A stretch of 64,000 nt of DNA from the human T2T-CHM13v2.0 reference genome, Homo sapiens. Below the pieces are notes generated by a model. The model searched no databases. It was not told the DNA's origin and saw only the letters and a program-made list of their open reading frames with translations. Positions 58,101 to 64,000 of the stretch are shown in pieces. The stretch lies in NCBI RefSeq assembly GCF_009914755.1, contig NC_060925.1; one strand, given 5' to 3'. Position 1 is the stretch's first letter, and the number at the start of each line of letters is the position of its first letter. The translations under genes and the position numbers were made by a program.

Positions 58101-59339
58101 ATGCAGGTGACGGCAGAGGGCAGAGTCAGGACTTGAACCTGGAGAGCCTGGCTCTAAAGCCCAAGCTGGAATCTCGATACTCTACACCTCGATAAGTTTT
58201 TGGGAAATGACTGACTAAACAGATGAACGCGTTTGCCCCCCCGCCGCCCCAGAGCCCCCTTAAAGCCTACATGTGGCAGTTTGGGCCCATTTCCTTGGCT
58301 TCCCTCCCTGGAGGGGCACCCACTGCCAGTGTCCCTGGTGAGTGTTTGCCTGTGGGGGTACAAGTGAGGGTTCAGCAAAGGTGACCTGGTGTGAGGGGGG
58401 GGTGCCCCAGGGGGTGCAGAGGAGGGCCTCATGAGGCAGATTCAGAATGAAGGTTCTGGCCCCCAGTGGAACCGTGCATGGGCAAGGGGTCCTCAGGGCC
58501 ATTGGCCCATAATTGTCAGACGGGGAAACTGAGGCCCAGAGAGAGGAAGGGACTTGTCCTTAGTTACACAGAGTGTCTGGATCACAGCTCTTAGGTCTCA
58601 GCTTCCCCATTTGTCACACAGGGAGAATAAATCCCCCTTGTCCTGCCTGGGGGTAGACCCCAGGGGGCCCCTGTGCCCTCTCACACCTTCCATTCCAGCT
58701 TCTAGAATTCCACCATCCATGCACCAGCCCTGAGGGTAGGCGTTGCCCTCTTCTCACCTCCTGCTCACGCCTCTACTGCAGGATGGGAACCAAATGCCTC
58801 TCCACCCTTTTCCCACACCCCTTCTCTCCACAGTGAACTGAGGGGAGTTTCTGATCCCTTAGCTCAAAGTCAGAGAAACTGAGAGGGGAGGGCTGGGTGG
58901 GAGCCGTGGGAATGTCATGCACAAGCAGTCGGACTCTCCAGGGGTCTGGATCTCTCCCTTGCTGCCTTGAAGGCCCCTGCACAGGCTGTGGCACTGGCTG
59001 AGTACAGGTGCCTGAAGGCAGAGGCATGGATGGGATGCTTCATTCTCAGCCTGTTTTTGCCAGTGAAGACAAAAGGGAAGTCATCTTCCGTTGGTCTATG
59101 GGGACCCTGAGGTAGTAGGAGCTCGGTGATAATTCTAGGGACCACCCTGGGTTGTCAGGTGGGGGAGACAGAGAAGCCCACATAGGAGGCACCAAATGCA
59201 ACTCACTCGTGCCCTTTTACTCATGAGAGAACACGGATCCAGAGATGTCAAGTGACTCAGACACAGTCTCACAGCACACAGGCGGCAGAGGCAGGTAGGG
59301 GACTGGGCTTCCCTGGCAGCAGTCCCCAAGCCTGCCTGA

Positions 59340-59505
59340 GAGGCACATCAGAATCGCTTTAGGGGATTTGCAAAACCACACCTGCCCAGGCCCAAACCCT
59401 AGAGATTCTGATTCCGCAGTCTGAGGTAGGAATGGAGAATCCTCCACAGCCTGAGGTAGGAACTGGGAATCCAGTGTTTAAAACTCTCTAGGGGCGGTGA
59501 TTTCA
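59340..59505. mobile_element. MER5-like hAT-Charlie element with a small internal duplication
   Basis: CACATCAGAATC...AGAGATTCTGATTC...; CTGAGGTAGGAA occurs twice. Confidence 0.65.
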
Positions 59506-62238
59506 GAAAACCTGCTGGCTCCATCACACTTTGCTCAGGGACTGAGATGGGATGGCATTTGGAAGACACAGGTAGGAGGAAGAGGAGGCAGTGGGGGGCA
59601 CAGGGAGACCCTTCCCCTTCTGGTAAAAGCCTGTGGACGAGAGAACAGCCCGAGTAAGATTCTGAGAACCCGAGACCCGGATGGACCTGGAGTTTTTGTC
59701 TTGCGTATAATTTAGGGGGTCTGTGACACTGGGCTGGAGATAACCGTGTCTTTCCTTTCCCTGGCCTCTAGCTGAAATTTAGCATCATATTCCATGGCGA
59801 TTTTCCACCAGTGGAAATCACAGGTGTTCTCTGGTATCACAGCGGGGTCAGGGATGACCTGAAATATTGTTCATGCTCATCACAACTGCATGGCCCACCG
59901 CGGGGTCTTGTCACTCAGTGAGTTCTTGAAGAGGCACAGACAAATGGAGTTCAACAAATGGAAAACGTGAGTCAATATGTCACCAGCTTGCTTTCTGAGT
60001 TTGACAATGGTATTTCCATCGATTTCTTTTCCTTTGTAATCCTTTGGATTTTGTCTTACGCGTTTAAAAACGCAACTCCGAGGAGGAACCTGAAGGTTCC
60101 CTGAGACTGCCAAGGGTCGGTGGGTTAGGGACCCTGTAGGGGGCAGCGTGGGGTTGGCACCCTGCAAATGGGACCCTGGGGCTGCGTCTCTTTGAGGAAG
60201 GAATTGGCAGCTGGAGCCCTGTAAGCCTCCAGGGATGGGATTTGGGAGACAGGCCCCCATGGCGAGCACGTCGTGAGCAGAAATGAACAGGAGAGAGAAG
60301 GCTGAAGAGGGGAGACAGGTCTCCACAAAAGTGGAGGGAAGGCCCTCGGGCCACAGACCCCAGATCCAAACATCTCCACAGACCCTAGCCTATGAGGCGC
60401 CTTCTGTGCCACTGCTGGCCAGGATCAGCCCGCTCTGCCCAGCGGCCTCCTGTCTCTGGGCGCATACATGACATGTTGGGCCAAAGCCACCTCTCCCTTT
60501 GTGCCCTTTGTGCTACTGCCAGCCACCTCCCAGGCTCCGAGGATCAGGACCCAGCCCAGGCCGACCGGGGCTCTAGCCCTGTCTCCCAAGGTTCCTTTGT
60601 TTTAAACCCTACATTTCTCCATCTTGCGCACGGAAGGAGAAATACAGATTACAAAGACCCGGCAAATGGATTTTATAAACTCTTATTTTCTTGCCACAGA
60701 ACTGCCTTTAATTAGCTCCGAGGACTACAAAGGGAACAACGTTATAATAGCAGCAACTCCAAGGAAGCAGCCACAGCTCTCAGCTCTCAGACCTGGGGCT
60801 GCCGCTCATCATCAGCTACAGCTAGGTTTGATGGGAGTGCCCCCATTTCAGGGGACAGCAGGCCCCCTTCACTCCCCGACTCAGTCCCCATCTGCAGCAG
60901 CACAGCCTTCCTTGGCCTCACCAGGGAAGAAGAACAGGCCCCGCTCTCAGACAAGCCTTCCCAGAAGGCTGAGGACTCAAACACCCAAATGTGTCTGGGT
61001 CCCTGCCCCGAGCCGGCCACCCAGGCAGCAGCCCTGAATCACTCGGTCAGCCAGCGGCAGGGCAGGCCAATGGGCTGGAGGGTAGGCAGGCAGGCAGACC
61101 CACCTCTGCATCTCTGCTGACTGCCTCGGCTGAGGAAAGGCAGCACCAGCCCCCAACCCTGAAGTTCTAGATCTCATGCAGCCTCTCTGTTCTGGAACCA
61201 TCCAGAGGCACTGCCCTTATACATGGTCCACCCCCAGGCTCAGACAATGAGAATTCCACAAGCAGAGGGGACTCTATTTGGGGCACAGAGAGGTTAAGTA
61301 ACTCCCCTCCTAAGGTCTCTCAGCAAGGAAGCCACTGAGCCGTGGGACTTGAGCTCAGGGACTCTTGATCCCCAGTCTCAGGTGTCACAGCCCCATCTGG
61401 GCTCCTGCTAGGGAGGAGGAAGGCAGCAGGGGGTGTCTGAGGCCAGGGTGCATCAGCCCTAAATGCCAGACAGAGGCAGGAGAAGTCTCCCCATGAGTCC
61501 CAGCCCCATTAGAGGCTCCAGGTCGGGGATCCCAGACCCCCTATCCTTGCTGGGAGACACAACCCAGAACTCTGCATCCCTGCAGCCACCAAAAAAGGCA
61601 AAAGCTGCCCAGAAACACTTTCTCCTCTTCCGTGGCCAAATCCACGAACTTTCTCGAGGTCTGTCCCCCTGCCCCGTGCAGGTCCAGCTTCAGTGCAGCC
61701 CAGCTCTGTGCAGTTTTCCACAAAAGCCTGTGGCTTCCTTCTCCTCCCTCTGCTTCTGATACCCCAGGAGTTACACACAAAATGTTGGCGGTGGTCTCCA
61801 GGAAGACCCCTGCATCCCACAGCTCTCCCCAGAAGTTGCCAGCAGTGACCTCCTGAGCCCAGGTGGGGAGTCCCAGGCAGGACAGGGGCTGGGGCTGCAG
61901 GCCCTGGGGCCCTGTTAGTGAAGCAGCAAGCCGAGGGTCCCTGAGAGTTTCCCTTGGCCCCTCTGAGGGCTGCCCTTTGAGGTCTTGAGGTCTTGGAGTA
62001 TCCATCGCCCCCACGGCTTACTGTCCCCACCAGCGGAGGATGAAAGTGCCACAGCGATGTTCCACGCCAAGAGACCACAGAGACCACCAACCCCTCTTCC
62101 CACCTCAGGCTTTCAGAGGCCAGCGGATTTAGGCGGACAGGCTGTGCGCTTGAGGGCAGCCAGGGCGGTCAGTGGAGGGACGTGGTCCGGGGCCTGGCCA
62201 CAGCTCCCCACCCAGGGCCCTGGGCTATTGTTACTCAC

Positions 62239-62296
62239 CGCGGTTGAAGGTCGGCGAGTAGGTCGGGAAGGAGTCGAAGATGCTGTTCGATGCCAT
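62239..62296 (-). CDS. RUNX3: RUNX3 P1 (distal) coding exon, MASNS isoform N-terminus
   Basis: GGGGC ATG G in strong Kozak context; encodes MASNSIFDSFPTYSPTFNR plus 1 nt, then donor G|GTGAGT. Confidence 0.98.
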
Positions 62297-62744
62297 GCCC
62301 CGCTCTGAAGAAGGCGAGAATTTTCAGCCCTTCAGGGGGTTGGGTTGGGATTCACTTGGTTGGCTGTTGTTTTATTTTTTTTTCCTCTAGCTACTTTTGA
62401 AAATAAAAGGGGGGGGTGTTGCTTTTTGTTGTTTTTTGTTTTGTTTTTGTCTCTTTTTTCCCCCCTGCTGCTACGAAAAAGAAAAAAGGAAAGAACGCGA
62501 GAGTGTGTGTGAGTGAGAGAGAGAAAAAAATCCCCAAGGAAAGTAAGTTTCTGTTTGTACCCAAGAATTTGGATTCCCGGTCCCACAGGAATGTCTAGCC
62601 ACAAATTCTCAACAGAAGCGTATGCAGAGTGTATCATTAGATGGCGGGAAGGGGCTTTCGGCAGCCAGGGTGGAGGAGCTCCGAAGCTGACAGAGCAGAG
62701 TGGGCCGCCTCCAGTGCCACGGGGAATGAATGAATGAGGCTTAC

Positions 62745-62870
62745 CCTTGACAGAGCCCAGGCTCTGGTGGGTACGAGGGCGGCCGGGGGTGGGGAGCACC
62801 AGGAGCCAACCAGCTCCCGCGCAGGGCCCTGGAGGCGGCAAGGGCCTGGCCTTGTGGTTCTGTGGTTGAG
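62745..62870 (-). other. RUNX3: Probable non-coding first exon of P1 transcripts (5' end approximate)
   Basis: Begins near CAACCACAGAACCACAAG, the conserved start of RUNX-family P1 5'UTRs, and ends at a consensus donor AAGG|GTAAGC (62744). A matching pyrimidine-tract acceptor lies at 62473-62465. Confidence 0.7.
62853..62867. promoter_or_regulatory. Tandem RUNX binding sites (TGTGGTT x2) at P1; auto- and cross-regulatory element
   Basis: cttgtggttctgtggttg is seen directly. The same doublet is a known conserved feature of RUNX1/2/3 P1 5' ends. Confidence 0.9.
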
Positions 62871-63130
62871 GGACCAGGCCTTCCCAGTGTCAACCCAACC
62901 TCAGCTCACAGGATGCGAGAAGCCTGCTCGCGGCCTTGGCTCATTGGCTGGGCCGCGGTCACCTGGGCCGTGATGTCACGGCCTTTTAGAAGATCTTGTG
63001 GCTGCCTCTCTTTTTGGAAAAGAAAAAAAAAAAAAAGAAAGAGAGAGAGAGAGAGAAATAGAAAAGTGATGGCTTTTATTTGTGAGGCTGGCCTCAGCAC
63101 GCGGCCCAAGAAACAGAACTGAAAGCGGTT
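62870..63130 (-). promoter_or_regulatory. RUNX3: RUNX3 P1 (distal) promoter
   Basis: CCAAT box (CAGCCAATGA, minus, 62941-62950), CRE-like TGATGTCA (62971-62978) and an A/GA purine tract (63017-63066), directly upstream of the RUNX doublet. Confidence 0.8.
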
Positions 63131-64000
63131 GCAGTGGGCGTGGCCAGGAGGGTGGTTTGGCTCCTGGGTGGGAGACTCCTTCTTAATTAAGGCCAGCATT
63201 GGCCTGGGCGGGCTAGGAGCCCCGCGGGCCCCTCACCGAGTGCCCAGAGCCCGGATCCACCAGCGGCCGGAGAGCTCCCTGCCATGCCACCTCGCCCCTG
63301 GGCTGCGGCTGACTCCCTGCCATTGTCCACCACCATTGTTGCCAGGGAGAGGTGTCCACATGTGTGGCTGGGTGGCACCTCTGGGGCTTTTATGGGAGTT
63401 GGGACTAAGTACAACGGGAAACACATGAAGTGGCATTGCCAGCACTCACGCCTGGCCTCGGCCTGCCCACCGAGAAGGGCCTTCCTGTGGAAACCTGGTG
63501 GCCTGCCCGCACTGGGGGGCCCTCTGCAGGGCTGGGGGCTGAGTCCCCAGCATGTCATTCAGGGCCCTTTACTCCTCTTGTTGCCACCTGCGCATCCCCT
63601 TGGGGGTCTCTGCCCCAGCATGATGCTCGGGAGCTTCCCTGCCTCCGGGCCTTCGCTCATGCTGTTCCCCTCACCAGAAGCGCCCTTTGTGTCTTCATGT
63701 CCTTGAGGAGTCAAGGCCCAGAGAGGCTCAAAAGTAGAAAAGTCATGAAGACGATTGAACCCTATACTTGCATGTTCCCCAAAGTCATGTCAGGATGGGA
63801 GAGAGGGTGGAGAGTGGGGGAAAGGTGGCGGCTTTTACCATTTCCCTTGCAAGCTCTACTCTCCCATTTCACAGGCCAGGCTGCGAGGCCCAGGGTGGTG
63901 ATGCCAGCTTGTCTAAGGTCATGTGGTATTCTGGAATGGGATTGGAACTTCAGCCTCTGACTCACCAGCCCCGACCTTGGGCATGACACCAGAGTGCCCT

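Noticed and set aside
59000-60900. Possible antisense lncRNA (I recall a RUNX3-AS1 annotation inside intron 1 near P1)
   Set aside because: I cannot define exons, a TSS or a poly(A) site from sequence alone, so it is not called.

Overview
Human genomic DNA (AluY/AluS/AluJ, MIR, L2, MaLR and MER elements) covering almost the whole RUNX3 gene, which lies on the minus strand. The window runs from the distal P1 promoter (~62.2-63.1 kb), through the ~35 kb first intron and the proximal P2 CpG-island promoter (~26.7-30.3 kb), to the last coding exon, which is cut off by the window start. All six coding exons join with canonical GT/AG sites into the RUNX3 protein (Runt domain, PPPY motif). The tailed mirtron MIR6731 abuts one acceptor. 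There is no prokaryotic-type system or CRISPR array, and the other long ORFs are GC-rich or repeat artefacts. I found no new gene. The most interesting unexplained structures are: (1) a 40-bp ETS+GC-box cassette copied 1.4 kb away and wrapped in inverted repeats, resembling a templated-insertion repair scar; (2) a polarised, CpG-rich 25-bp VNTR with HES-type and RUNX motifs just upstream of an in-frame skippable exon; (3) uORF, Kozak and NAGNAG features in both 5'UTRs; (4) the Asn18 coding allele; (5) several promoter- or enhancer-like motif clusters in introns. Repeat subfamily names and known-variant names are from memory and need database confirmation.
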